From: Oligoflexia bacterium
GTDB lineage: Bacteria > Bdellovibrionota > Bdellovibrionia > JABDDW01
NCBI GenBank assembly: GCA_043732305.1
Contig: JAYTHU010000091.1
Coordinates: 1 to 34,387 of the forward strand
Length of the DNA stretch: 34,387 bases
Direction of reading: 5' to 3'
Shown: positions 8,238 through 18,849 of the stretch, piece by piece
Layout of the letters: the number at the start of each line of letters is the position of its first letter
Position numbering within the stretch: position 1 is the stretch's first letter
Notes under the pieces: generated by a model
Told to the model about the DNA's origin: nothing
Database searches by the model: none
What the model saw: the letters and a program-made list of their open reading frames with translations, nothing else
Translations under genes and position numbers: made by a program

Positions 8238-9563
8238 GTGCTGAACAACGGGCCTGTTAATGGGAAAGAAATTTATAAAAAACGACGCGCCAAGCTTTTT
8301 GCAAAAATACAAAATGGAGTCGCCATCATCCCCTCTAACCCCGAAATGCTTCGGAATAATGACGTTCATTATGACTACCGCCAGGACAGCACACACTATT
8401 ATCTCTCTGGATTTGCCGAGCCCGAAAGCATAGTTGTTCTTAATCCAACTGGGAAAAACAAATACATTCTCTTTGTGAGAGAAAAGAATGTGCTTCGAGA
8501 ACGTTGGGATGGTTTTAGATATGGAATTGAAAGCGCCGGTGAATCTTTCGGCGCTGATCACGTTTATCCCATTAGCGAGTTCGAAAAAATAGTGCCGGAA
8601 ATTATTAAAGATGCATCAAAAATTTACTATCACATTGGACGACAAAGCGTGATGGATGAAAAAGTTTTGACAATGATGGGAATCGTCAAAGGATCACGCG
8701 GACGCAGTGGACGTGGGCTGCAAGATATCTGTGACATCGACCCTCTCGTCGGAGAATTGCGCCTTTTTAAATCGAAAGAAGAATTAGAAGATCTGAGAAA
8801 AGCCTGCGATATCTCTGCTCGTGGTCACATTGCTGCCATGAGAATGACAAAGCCTGGAATGTTTGAGTATCAAGTGCAGGCTGAGGTTGAGCGGGTATTC
8901 AAAGCTAGCGGTTCAGAACGTTTGGGGTACGGCAGCATTGTCGGATGTGGAGCAAACGCCACAACTCTGCATTACGTCACAAACAAAGATCAGTGCTTGG
9001 ATGGTGATTTCATGTTGATAGATGCGGGTGCTGAGTTCAATTACCTGACTGGCGATATCACCCGTACCTATCCCGTGAATGGTAAATTTTCACCTGCTCA
9101 GCGTAAATTCTATCAAGTTATATTAGATGTTCAAAAAAGCTGTATCCAAATGATTAAACCCGGATTGAGATATTCTGCAATCCACACCCATGCGGTTGAG
9201 ATGTTGACCGAGGGAATGATCAAGCTTGGACTTCTGAAAGGCTCAGTGAAATCTCTGATAGAAAAGAAAGAATATTTAAAATATTACCCTCATGGTACCG
9301 GTCACTGGTTGGGCATGGATGTTCATGATTCTGGTTACTATCAGGTGGACGGAGAGTCTCGCCGGATTGAGCCCGGAATGTGTTTCACTGTTGAGCCCGG
9401 ACTCTATGTTCCTCTGAATGATAAGACAGCCCCCAAAGAACTCCGCGGCTTAGGCGTGCGCATTGAAGATGATATTTATGTTACCGCCAAAGGTTGCGAA
9501 AACATGACCGTCAAAGCGCCTAAAGAGATTTCTGAAATCGAAGCTATCGTGGGCAAAGGCTAA
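8238..9563 (+). CDS. pepP: Xaa-Pro aminopeptidase (M24B)
   Basis: AMP_N RNNDVHYDYRQDS, LIDAG, GDITRT, HGTGHWLGMDVHD, TVEPGLY, GVRIEDD. AAGGAG RBS before a GTG start. Confidence 0.95.
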   Translation: MLNNGPVNGKEIYKKRRAKLFAKIQNGVAIIPSNPEMLRNNDVHYDYRQDSTHYYLSGFAEPESIVVLNPTGKNKYILFVREKNVLRERWDGFRYGIESAGESFGADHVYPISEFEKIVPEIIKDASKIYYHIGRQSVMDEKVLTMMGIVKGSRGRSGRGLQDICDIDPLVGELRLFKSKEELEDLRKACDISARGHIAAMRMTKPGMFEYQVQAEVERVFKASGSERLGYGSIVGCGANATTLHYVTNKDQCLDGDFMLIDAGAEFNYLTGDITRTYPVNGKFSPAQRKFYQVILDVQKSCIQMIKPGLRYSAIHTHAVEMLTEGMIKLGLLKGSVKSLIEKKEYLKYYPHGTGHWLGMDVHDSGYYQVDGESRRIEPGMCFTVEPGLYVPLNDKTAPKELRGLGVRIEDDIYVTAKGCENMTVKAPKEISEIEAIVGKG

Positions 9564-9592
9564 AACCAAACAAGAATTTCGGCGAGCAGAAG

Positions 9593-9609
9593 TTGGCCCA
9601 TTAATTGAA
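9593..9609 (+). promoter_or_regulatory. Possible sigma54-type -24/-12 promoter (variant -12)
   Basis: TTGGCCCATTAATTGAA = GG-N10-GA (TTGA instead of TTGC). Predicted +1 is ~9620, 3 nt before ATG 9623. Confidence 0.35.
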
Positions 9610-9622
9610 ACGTAGTTTTGTC

Positions 9623-10660
9623 ATGAAACTTATAAAAACCTTTCTGGCGCTCATTTTTACGCTAATGAGCATTAGAGCCCAGGCCGTGACACCGACTAAA
9701 ACGGGAGTTTGCCTTCTCGTATTAAACGCAATTGCACGCCTGGAAACCTTCCAAATATCGTCACCAGTGTACACTCTTAATACGCTCAAAGTGTTCCGCG
9801 AACAAAAACTCAAAGTCCTGGAAGTTCGAGCAGGGATTCCTGAAGGCTTCGCCAATAGCGATTCCTACAGCTGGGGATTTGGAAAAGCTTCAATAGCTTC
9901 CCGAATAAAAGGCGTCGAAGATTTTGCAAAAACCATTGAAAGTAAAAATGAAGGCACTCAAAATTTTACTAGAACGACCGTCATTTCCGGGAAAGAAAAT
10001 ATTCGAGATTTTCTAGAAACTTTCAGAAATGTATACTCGCAGATTGCCAGAAGAAATATTATTCCCTCGATCCTAGACCAAAGAAACTCACTTATGGCGC
10101 TTGCTTTTGCTTTCGGAATGCTCCCACTTGAGGGATCCGATGTTGGTATGGCCTATTCCACGATTGTGTTTTCTGTCGCGGGTTTTCTAACAGGATCTGG
10201 ATTCGACCATGTCTTTATGCGCCCATTTTATAAAGACAGGAAAATCAACGAAGCTATAGATAAAATATTAGTCGCCAATGATTCGGATCGAGAAAATTAC
10301 TGGGCGTTGTTTTCAAGAAATGGCGGCATTCGCAAAGATTTTATTGAAAAGTCACAAAAAGCATCAACTGATAATGTTCATATGCAAGCTTTCACGCATC
10401 ACCATTCTTATATCGAAGCTCCGTCGATAAACATGCGTTTGCATGCGAGCAAAAAGCCTGAAACCTTAAAGCTTGAGTGGGTCGGAATTGATGTGTATTA
10501 TGAGAAAAATTCTGGCTCAGAGCCAGAGCTTCACGTGGTTTTTAGGACTGCAAAAGATCTACCCGTTTTTCCTAAAATTAATCCTACCAAAAAGAAAAAT
10601 TCAAGTTTTGAATTTGAAAATGCCGCTGGTCTCCAGCCAATTCCAATTCGTGAAAATTAA
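9623..10660 (+). CDS. Secreted hypothetical protein with internal hydrophobic hairpin
   Basis: ATG 9623 gives signal peptide MKLIKTFLALIFTLMSIRAQA. 345 aa, two hydrophobic segments mid-protein, no recognised domain. Confidence 0.75.
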   Translation: MKLIKTFLALIFTLMSIRAQAVTPTKTGVCLLVLNAIARLETFQISSPVYTLNTLKVFREQKLKVLEVRAGIPEGFANSDSYSWGFGKASIASRIKGVEDFAKTIESKNEGTQNFTRTTVISGKENIRDFLETFRNVYSQIARRNIIPSILDQRNSLMALAFAFGMLPLEGSDVGMAYSTIVFSVAGFLTGSGFDHVFMRPFYKDRKINEAIDKILVANDSDRENYWALFSRNGGIRKDFIEKSQKASTDNVHMQAFTHHHSYIEAPSINMRLHASKKPETLKLEWVGIDVYYEKNSGSEPELHVVFRTAKDLPVFPKINPTKKKNSSFEFENAAGLQPIPIREN

Positions 10661-11401
10661 TTACTCTTTGAATAACTGAATGGGCCAGCCCATGTTTTCA
10701 GCTTCTTGACGAAGCGAAAGCTCACTTCCCGCAATTTCCGGACGCACTGGAAAGTACTGAACCACTAGTGGCATCACCGTGGCCACTTGGAGCATGTGTG
10801 TGTCTCCAGAGGAATTCCCAGCTACAAAAGTAGGAAGCTTGCCATTTAAAGCAATATCGAGGGCTCGTTTTTTACCATCAGCATAGGGAATGGGGGTTTT
10901 GATAATTTGTGTGAGTCGTCCTTTTGAGTCAATTTCGCATTCGGTTCCAATCAAACGATCCATCGGCAAATCCAAATCATAGAGTACTGGTTCAATAGCC
11001 CAACGCATGCTGGCCGTGCAAATCCAAATGTCGAAATGCCGTTCTTTCATTTTCTTTATGAGATCAACCATCAAAGGATTTAGTTTTTTTCTGAATGTAG
11101 ACTCATAAAATCTCTTAGCTTGTTCCCGAAGTTCTTTCAGAGGCAAACCACTGTTTAATTTTGTGAGCCATGCATTGGCATCTGAAGTGCTGACTCGGTC
11201 CAATCGCGAATAATATTCCCATGGGCTTTTCATACCTTTGAGGCCGGGAGCTAAGTCAAATTGAATTTGATATTTAAAAAAAGCTTCGCCTAGGTCATCT
11301 GGCCACAGAGTACCATCTGCATCAAAAACGGCAGTTTTTTCATGGTTGGGAGTAGAAAGAAGTTCTTCGAGGCGCTTAGTTATTTCTGGGTTCCATTGCA
11401 T
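10661..11401 (-). CDS. HAD-IB family phosphatase/hydrolase
   Basis: Motif I AVFDADGTLW, motif II WICTAS, conserved GK, motif IV AGNSSGD. Confidence 0.9.
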   Translation of the reverse strand: MQWNPEITKRLEELLSTPNHEKTAVFDADGTLWPDDLGEAFFKYQIQFDLAPGLKGMKSPWEYYSRLDRVSTSDANAWLTKLNSGLPLKELREQAKRFYESTFRKKLNPLMVDLIKKMKERHFDIWICTASMRWAIEPVLYDLDLPMDRLIGTECEIDSKGRLTQIIKTPIPYADGKKRALDIALNGKLPTFVAGNSSGDTHMLQVATVMPLVVQYFPVRPEIAGSELSLRQEAENMGWPIQLFKE

Positions 11402-11462
11402 ATAAAGTTAAAATACAAGAAGAAGACTTTAAAAAGCTAATCAAATTTGCGAGACTTGCTTC

Positions 11463-12575
11463 ATGGACAATTTGTATTGGGCATTGCCGGCCTTATTGCT
11501 ATCGGCATTTATTATTGGTTGGGCGGCAGAGACCGCAGAAATTTACATCTCCCAAGGCTTGGCACTAGCGGTTCTTGCTTGGCTGCAAGTCATGCCTGAG
11601 TTTGCGGTTGAAGCAACGATTGCTTTTCAACAAAAGCAAACTCTCATGATTGCCAATCTCACCGGCTCATTGCGCCTGCTTGTGGGCCTTGGTTGGCCGA
11701 TGGTTTATTTTGCATATGTGATATCTGGTAAATCTCGAGCTGTGATTAAAATTCCCAATAAAAACGCCCTGGAAGTATTTATTCTCCTTATAAGCACATT
11801 TTACTTTGGGTTTGTAGCTATCAAAGGATCTCTCACGGTTGGTGATTCAGCTTTTCTGATTCTTTTCTACGCTATTTATTTACGTAGACTTTTTAAAGGC
11901 GCTAAAGGCCATAATGATGGCGCTGGGGGACACGAACTTCCTTGGATTGGAAAAAGAATTCTCGCTTTTAAAGATCCTCGCGTTCGGGTAACGGGAATAA
12001 TTCTTCTATTCGTTATTGGAGGGGTGATGCTTTACACCTCCGCGGGTCCATTTTTGGATGGCTTAGAAAAATTGTCTGTGACTTTAGGAATTTCAACATT
12101 CGTTTTTGTTCAGTGGGTTGCGCCTTTTGTCAGCGAATTTCCAGAAAAAATCACCGCTTTCAATTGGGCCAGAAAAGAATCAAAAGCACCTATGGCTTTT
12201 ATGAACCTTGTTTCCTCCAATATCGTTCAATGGACCTTGCTGGCGGCGATGATTCCAATTGTTTTTTCGATTTCAAAGCATGCGGTCACTCCGATTTTCT
12301 TTGATAAATTCCAAACAGAAGAAATTCTTCTCACCGTGGTTCAATCCTTCTTTTCCATATTAATAATGATGGATATGCAGTTTGGATTTATCGATGCTCT
12401 TTTGATTTTCACTTTATGGTTAATACAGTTTTGTTTTCCGGCGCTTCGATGGGAAATTATTTATGCTTATTTATTTTTCAGCTTACTGGAAATCGGAAAA
12501 CTCATCTATTTGGGCAGGCAAGGTAAACTCGTGTTCGCTCTAAAAATTTTGCGGGAGCAAATCAAATCAAAATGA
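11463..12575 (+). CDS. CaCA family sodium/calcium (cation:H+) antiporter
   Basis: About 10 TM segments with two alpha repeats, LQVMPEFAVE...ANLTGS and FVSEFPEK...NLVSSNI. Confidence 0.85.
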   Translation: MDNLYWALPALLLSAFIIGWAAETAEIYISQGLALAVLAWLQVMPEFAVEATIAFQQKQTLMIANLTGSLRLLVGLGWPMVYFAYVISGKSRAVIKIPNKNALEVFILLISTFYFGFVAIKGSLTVGDSAFLILFYAIYLRRLFKGAKGHNDGAGGHELPWIGKRILAFKDPRVRVTGIILLFVIGGVMLYTSAGPFLDGLEKLSVTLGISTFVFVQWVAPFVSEFPEKITAFNWARKESKAPMAFMNLVSSNIVQWTLLAAMIPIVFSISKHAVTPIFFDKFQTEEILLTVVQSFFSILIMMDMQFGFIDALLIFTLWLIQFCFPALRWEIIYAYLFFSLLEIGKLIYLGRQGKLVFALKILREQIKSK

Positions 12576-14194
12576 GAAATAAAAATATTCAGAGAATGGG
12601 CGAAGAAAATTTTGATCTTTGTATTGTGGGCGGGGGAATCACTGGTGCGGGCGTAGCCAGAGATGCCGCCAGCCGAGGAATGAAAGTCTGTCTCATTGAA
12701 CAGAATGATTTTGCCTCTGGTACCAGTAGCCGATCCAGCAAACTTATTCATGGCGGCATTAGGTATTTAGAAAACTTAGAATTCGGCCTTGTGTTCGAAG
12801 CATTAAATGAACGGCACGTGTTGTTTCAGATCGCGCCTCACTTGGTACACCCTCTGACTTTTATTCTTCCGGTATATAAGGGTGGCAGAGTTGGAATGTT
12901 CAAAATGGGTTTGGGAATGTGGCTTTACGACATGCTCGCCCTTTTTCATGCGCCCAAGTTTCATGAGAGGCTTTCTACTTTCAGCACCATGTATGAATTG
13001 CCGCAACTTCAAGAAAAAAATCTAGCCGGCTCCTATTTGTACAGTGATGCCTATATGGATGATGACAGACTCGTGGTTGAAACGTTGAGGTCCGCCGAAA
13101 ATTACGGCGCCATTGCTGCAAATTACTGCCAAGTTGGGAAAGCTGATATATCGGCTCAAGGTAAAATTCAGGCTCTGCATATTCATGATAGTTTCAACGG
13201 AAAAGATTTTACTATCAGAGCAAAACATTTTGTCAGCACGGTCGGACCATGGACAGATATTTTAGGGCAAAATCTTTTTAACGATTGGCAAAAGATTTTA
13301 AGACCAAGCAAAGGAATTCATTTAGTTATTCCTGCGGCGAAAATTCCTACAACCAGTGCTGTTGTTATGGCGACTGAGAATGACAGTCGGATTATTTTTG
13401 CCATTCCACGTGGTGAAATTGTCATTATTGGAACAACAGACACAGATTACAAAGAAGATCCAATCGATGTAAAAACTAACATTGAGGATGTTGATTATCT
13501 TCTTAAAATTGTGAATGGTTATTTTCCCGGAGCAGCATTAGAAAAATCCGATATTATATCCAGTTACTCTGGCGTGAGGCCGCTCGTTGCCGATGGAAGT
13601 AGCACCGAGAGTAAAACAAGTCGGGAACATTTGATCAAGCATACTCCGCACAATATCACTTTTGTGGCGGGTGGAAAGTACACTACTTATCGCCGCATGG
13701 CTCGGGATATTGTCGAAACAGTTTTGCGCGAAGAATTCTCTATGGAACAGAAAGTTCAATATGCGAGGAATCAAACTCGAGATCCAATAAATCCTAACGT
13801 CACGCCGGAAAAACTTTCCAGCAGCATTTCCAGATCGGAAATTTGGGCGAGAGATTATGGGATCTCAAAGGAAGACGCAAAACTTTTGGCAATTCGCCAT
13901 GGTGATGATGGTCTGCAGATGATTGAAGAAGCTTCTCAAAAAGGACTCAAAGAAATTTGGGTTATTGAAGCTTATTTCGCCGTTAAGAACAGTCAATGTC
14001 TCCATCTGCGAGATTTTATGCTTAGACGAAGCCCGCTTTATCTCACTCGACATGATCATGGCGCGTCTGTGATCGAATCAATTATAAGGGTGATGAAAAT
14101 AGAGCTCAGTTGGTCCGATGAAAAAGTCAAAATCGAACGAGAACTTTACCAAGCCCATATCCATAGAGAAATGGGCTGGAAGACAGGGCAATAA
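12572..14194 (+). CDS. glpD: FAD-dependent glycerol-3-phosphate dehydrogenase/oxidase
   Basis: VGGGITGAGVARDAASRG, DFASGTSSRSSKLIHGGIRYLE, SGVRPL, GGKYTTYRRMA. Confidence 0.93.
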   Translation: MRNKNIQRMGEENFDLCIVGGGITGAGVARDAASRGMKVCLIEQNDFASGTSSRSSKLIHGGIRYLENLEFGLVFEALNERHVLFQIAPHLVHPLTFILPVYKGGRVGMFKMGLGMWLYDMLALFHAPKFHERLSTFSTMYELPQLQEKNLAGSYLYSDAYMDDDRLVVETLRSAENYGAIAANYCQVGKADISAQGKIQALHIHDSFNGKDFTIRAKHFVSTVGPWTDILGQNLFNDWQKILRPSKGIHLVIPAAKIPTTSAVVMATENDSRIIFAIPRGEIVIIGTTDTDYKEDPIDVKTNIEDVDYLLKIVNGYFPGAALEKSDIISSYSGVRPLVADGSSTESKTSREHLIKHTPHNITFVAGGKYTTYRRMARDIVETVLREEFSMEQKVQYARNQTRDPINPNVTPEKLSSSISRSEIWARDYGISKEDAKLLAIRHGDDGLQMIEEASQKGLKEIWVIEAYFAVKNSQCLHLRDFMLRRSPLYLTRHDHGASVIESIIRVMKIELSWSDEKVKIERELYQAHIHREMGWKTGQ

Positions 14195-14197
14195 AAA

Positions 14198-15469
14198 ATG
14201 AGATTCCCACCGCAAATCAAATTTATTATTGGAAACGAAGCCGCTGAACGTTTTAGTTTTTATGGCATGAGAAGCATTCTCACCGTGTTTATGGTGAGTC
14301 ATCTCATGGTCCCCACTCCTGGTGCAGAAGCCTCCTATCATCTGTTTGTTGGCGCTTGTTATCTGATGCCGTTGTTGGGTGGCTATATTTCTGATCATTT
14401 TTGGGGAAAATATAAAACTATTTTGTGGCTCTCTCTTTTTTATTGCTTGGGCCATGGAGTTTTATCGATATGGGAAAATCGCGGCGGTTTGTATGTCGGG
14501 ATGGCACTCATAGCCCTAGGTTCTGGCGGAATCAAACCGTGCGTTTCTGCTTTCGTAGGAGATCAGTTCACGAAAGAAAATAAACATCTCGTTTCTAAAG
14601 TGTATGACCTCTTTTATTGGTCTGTTAATTTCGGATCTTTCTTTGCAACCTTACTAATTCCGTGGACGCTTCACCATTTTGGACCACATTGGGCATTTGG
14701 AATTCCTGGAATTCTGATGGCTCTAGCCACATTTGTTTTTTGGCTCGGCACCAAACACTACGTTCGTGTTTTGCCTATTCGCAAAAGTGTAGTCGCGATT
14801 TCACCAGAAGAAATAGCTGAGAAAGCCGAGGGGAAAAGGGCGCTCTGGGGTCTGGTCAAAGTTTTTGCGACAGTCTCTATATTTTGGGCTTTGTATGATC
14901 AGTATGGTTCGAGTTGGGTTTTGCAGGGACAGAAAATGAATCCACATTTTTTTGGAATTGAACTCGATCCCGAGCAACTTCAGGCACTCAATCCAATTCT
15001 GATTCTAATCATGATTCCTCTTTTCACTTACGTTCTCTACCCCTTCGTGAACAGAAAGCTTAAAATCAATGTCACGCCACTGCGAAAAATGGCTACCGGT
15101 ATGTTTGTGACTGCACTCTCATTTTTGATTGTCGCATTCATTCAAAATCTTTTAGATCATGGCATATATGTGAACCTGGCTTGGCAAGCGGTTCCCTATT
15201 TTTTCATCACTGCAGCAGAAATTCTAATTTCAATCACTGGACTTGAATTTGCCTACACCCAAGCTCCGAAATCGATGAAGAGCACAATCATGAGTTTTTG
15301 GCTCATAACGGTTTTTCTTGGAAATATGCTGACGGCATTTGTTTCTGGAATAAATATTTTTAAAGGCACTGCCTATTTTCTATTTTTTACAGGTCTCATG
15401 CTGGTCGTTTCGTTTGTTTTCACATTTTCTGCGACTCGGTATAAGGGTAAGGAATATCTAGAGAATTAG
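14198..15469 (+). CDS. POT/PTR family proton-dependent oligopeptide transporter (MFS)
   Basis: GNEAAERFSFYGM (ExxERF motif), GSGGIKPCVSAFVGDQF, FYWSVNFGS, GLEFAYTQAP. Confidence 0.94.
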   Translation: MRFPPQIKFIIGNEAAERFSFYGMRSILTVFMVSHLMVPTPGAEASYHLFVGACYLMPLLGGYISDHFWGKYKTILWLSLFYCLGHGVLSIWENRGGLYVGMALIALGSGGIKPCVSAFVGDQFTKENKHLVSKVYDLFYWSVNFGSFFATLLIPWTLHHFGPHWAFGIPGILMALATFVFWLGTKHYVRVLPIRKSVVAISPEEIAEKAEGKRALWGLVKVFATVSIFWALYDQYGSSWVLQGQKMNPHFFGIELDPEQLQALNPILILIMIPLFTYVLYPFVNRKLKINVTPLRKMATGMFVTALSFLIVAFIQNLLDHGIYVNLAWQAVPYFFITAAEILISITGLEFAYTQAPKSMKSTIMSFWLITVFLGNMLTAFVSGINIFKGTAYFLFFTGLMLVVSFVFTFSATRYKGKEYLEN

Positions 15470-15492
15470 GTTTTAAGTAAGATTTTTATGGC

Positions 15493-15520
15493 TCAAGAAG
15501 ATGCAGTTTTAAACCGACAA
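15493..15520 (+). promoter_or_regulatory. Putative sigma28/FliA promoter, leaderless transcript
   Basis: TCAA-N16-ACCGACAA, with ATG 15527 six nt downstream. Confidence 0.45.
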
Positions 15521-15526
15521 GTTCTT

Positions 15527-15955
15527 ATGAGCAAAGTCGTCGTATTTCTTTCATTTATTTTCTCGGTATCAGCATTAGGCGAAAATGTTCCAACACTCAC
15601 CGATGAAAAACTCGACGCTTATTCCAAAGAAGCCACAACCAAAACTCAATCGCTTCTCCGAGATCCAAAGCAGAGACAGAGTTCGATCGAAAAGGGTGAT
15701 GGCAAAAAAGCCGATGACTATGTCAGCAATCTGACCGGAAACAATTCTAAGAACAGTGAAAGTATTTACGATCTTGCCGCGGACGTCTTGCCTTTATTGG
15801 TGAACAAGGCAAATGGTGATCCCGCAAAGATGAAAGAAATTGTGGAAGAGTATTCCAAAAATCCTGAGGCTTTCGCGAACGGGTGGTCTCCCGAACAGAG
15901 AGCAAAGCTACATGAGCTTTCGCTCAAGCTTCCCACCATAATCAATAAAAATTAA
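15527..15955 (+). CDS. Small secreted helical hypothetical protein
   Basis: Second ATG gives signal peptide MSKVVVFLSFIFSVSALG, 142 aa. The ORF-track start at 15488 is less likely. Confidence 0.75.
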   Translation: MSKVVVFLSFIFSVSALGENVPTLTDEKLDAYSKEATTKTQSLLRDPKQRQSSIEKGDGKKADDYVSNLTGNNSKNSESIYDLAADVLPLLVNKANGDPAKMKEIVEEYSKNPEAFANGWSPEQRAKLHELSLKLPTIINKN

Positions 15956-15956
15956 A

Positions 15957-16220
15957 TTAGTTTTTGATACGCTTGAAAAGAATATCGAGGTTTTCTCGAC
16001 GTTCTTTCACTAAGAATTGAATGATGTCCGCTTTAGGAACCTTCAAAAGGGTAGAAATTTTGGGTAAAATCATTTCCGGAGGATTGCTCATGCCACGTTC
16101 CCAATTCGCGACAAATTGAGGACGGTATCCCAACTTCTCTGCTAAATGTGACTGGGTCATATTTGCTTTGAGGCGCCGAGTCTTAAGAAACAAACCAAAC
16201 TTGCGTTGAACTTTTCCCAT
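15957..16220 (-). CDS. XRE family helix-turn-helix transcriptional regulator
   Basis: LKTRRLKANMTQSHLAEKLGY..QFVANWERG..NPP, with a GAGGGA RBS. Confidence 0.9.
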   Translation of the reverse strand: MGKVQRKFGLFLKTRRLKANMTQSHLAEKLGYRPQFVANWERGMSNPPEMILPKISTLLKVPKADIIQFLVKERRENLDILFKRIKN

Positions 16221-16252
16221 TCTTTTCCCTCTTCTTAGCTATTTTTTGTCTT

Positions 16253-16284
16253 TCCTTATCCTTTTCCTATCCTGTAGCTTTCCT
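16253..16284 (-). repeat. Cluster of five AGGA motifs in the 5' region of the XRE gene
   Basis: Minus strand AGGAaagctacAGGAtAGGAaaAGGAtaAGGA, with plus-strand TCCT at 16253, 16259, 16265, 16270 and 16281. Confidence 0.6.
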
Positions 16285-16432
16285 TACTTTGTAGCAGCAA
16301 GATCTTATAAAATACAGAATTTATTTCCCTTCCGCATGTGGAAAGATTGATTCCACTCTCTAAACTTTTCGATTTTGAATAGGGAGCGGAAAGTCCTGAA
16401 TATAAGAAGCCTAAAAAACCTTATCAAAAAAA

Positions 16433-16834
16433 TTATTTTAATTTAGAAAACAGACCTTGAGCGCCGGCTCTTAGGATGTCCATATATCCTCGAATAATCA
16501 GATTGGGAAGCGGTCCGGCGATTTTCACTTTGATCGTACCTGCCAAGTAATTCTTAGTCACATTGACTGCTACCTCGGAAATTGTTCCGTGGGGACCATG
16601 AACCAGACTCTCAACAGCTTCCGGAGTGAGATAAAAAATCACATCCGGGTCTTCAGCTCGCCTTCGTTCAAAATGAGGTTTACCTGCGGTATCCTTGAAA
16701 AACGCGCATTCATTATGTTGGTTGATTACAACACCCACATCGACGTTAGGCTTCAAAAGCTTTGCTGCCGCCAGGCTCGCGCTATGGGATTCGAAAAAGT
16801 TTTTTAATTTATCAAAGGCTTGCTGGTCATACAT
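16433..16834 (-). CDS. Hypothetical protein, possible SCP2 (lipid-binding) like fold
   Basis: 133 aa. The PDVIFYLTPEAVESL...YLAGTIKVKI pattern resembles SCP2 domains. TATGCT lies 5 nt before the ATG. Confidence 0.55.
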   Translation of the reverse strand: MYDQQAFDKLKNFFESHSASLAAAKLLKPNVDVGVVINQHNECAFFKDTAGKPHFERRRAEDPDVIFYLTPEAVESLVHGPHGTISEVAVNVTKNYLAGTIKVKIAGPLPNLIIRGYMDILRAGAQGLFSKLK

Positions 16835-16886
16835 AAAGTAGCATAAACTAACCGAAATTTACTACACGCGCAAGGACTTCATAAGA

Positions 16887-17708
16887 ATGAAAACTCCCAG
16901 CATTAAAACGCTTATCAATGAGCAACAGCGTACTTGGAACAATCCTAAGAAAGCGATAATCGCTAAGAACATGCTGGAGCGCTACACCGGCTCCTTAGCC
17001 AAAGATTTCCAGAAACACATCATTCTTACCAATTTTGAATATTACATGGAGCGCTTCAGTAAGCTTTACGATGCTCCTCTTCAAAATGGATCAGTCATGA
17101 GAGTCGCCCATAGCAAATCTCTCGGTGTGAGCATTGTCGATTTCAAAATCGGCAGTCCTACTGCAGCTTTGGTCATTGAAATGCTTTCGAGCATTTCTCC
17201 TGATGCGGTTCTGATGCTAGGAATGTGCGGAGGTCTGCATCGTGATTTAAAAATTGGCGATTTTGTTTTGCCCATCGCAGCTATCAGAGACGAAGGCACA
17301 AGCATTCATTTCATGCCTCAGCAAGTTCCTGCGTTACCCGCATTTAAAATCCAAAAATTCTTGAGTCAAATAATCGTCGAAAAAAATCTCAAATATCAAG
17401 CGGGTGTCATTCACACCACTGATTATCGGTTCTGGGAATTTGATGATGAATTCAAGACAAATTTAATTCGAGAAAAAGTCGCTGCGATTGAAATGGAATG
17501 TTCAGCACTTTTTGTGACAGCATTTTCCAGTAAGGTTCCTTGCGGCGCTTTACTTTTGGTAAGCGATTTGCCATTGAAGAAAATTAAAACCAAGTCTTCC
17601 GCCAAAAAAGTTTTCCGCGACTATGCGGATCAACATCTCGAAATCGGAGTTCAAGCTATGAGTGAGATCGAAGAGCGCGGTGACAAGGTGCGGCACTTTG
17701 AATGGTAA
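16887..17708 (+). CDS. amn: AMP nucleosidase (short PNP_UDP_1 type)
   Basis: MLERYTG, ILTNF, FKIGSPTAAL, LGMCGGL, LPIAAIRDEGTS, HTTDYRFWE, AIEME, LLLVSDLP. Confidence 0.88.
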   Translation: MKTPSIKTLINEQQRTWNNPKKAIIAKNMLERYTGSLAKDFQKHIILTNFEYYMERFSKLYDAPLQNGSVMRVAHSKSLGVSIVDFKIGSPTAALVIEMLSSISPDAVLMLGMCGGLHRDLKIGDFVLPIAAIRDEGTSIHFMPQQVPALPAFKIQKFLSQIIVEKNLKYQAGVIHTTDYRFWEFDDEFKTNLIREKVAAIEMECSALFVTAFSSKVPCGALLLVSDLPLKKIKTKSSAKKVFRDYADQHLEIGVQAMSEIEERGDKVRHFEW

Positions 17709-17765
17709 AGCGAAATAGAAAATTTGATAAATAGAAATTTAGTTTAGATGAGTCCCATCAATCAC

Positions 17766-18847
<1,082 letters not shown>

Positions 18848-18849
18848 TC

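Noticed and set aside
16834..16858. TAAA...ACCGAAAT as a FliA promoter for amn
   Set aside because: Spacer is only 13 nt.
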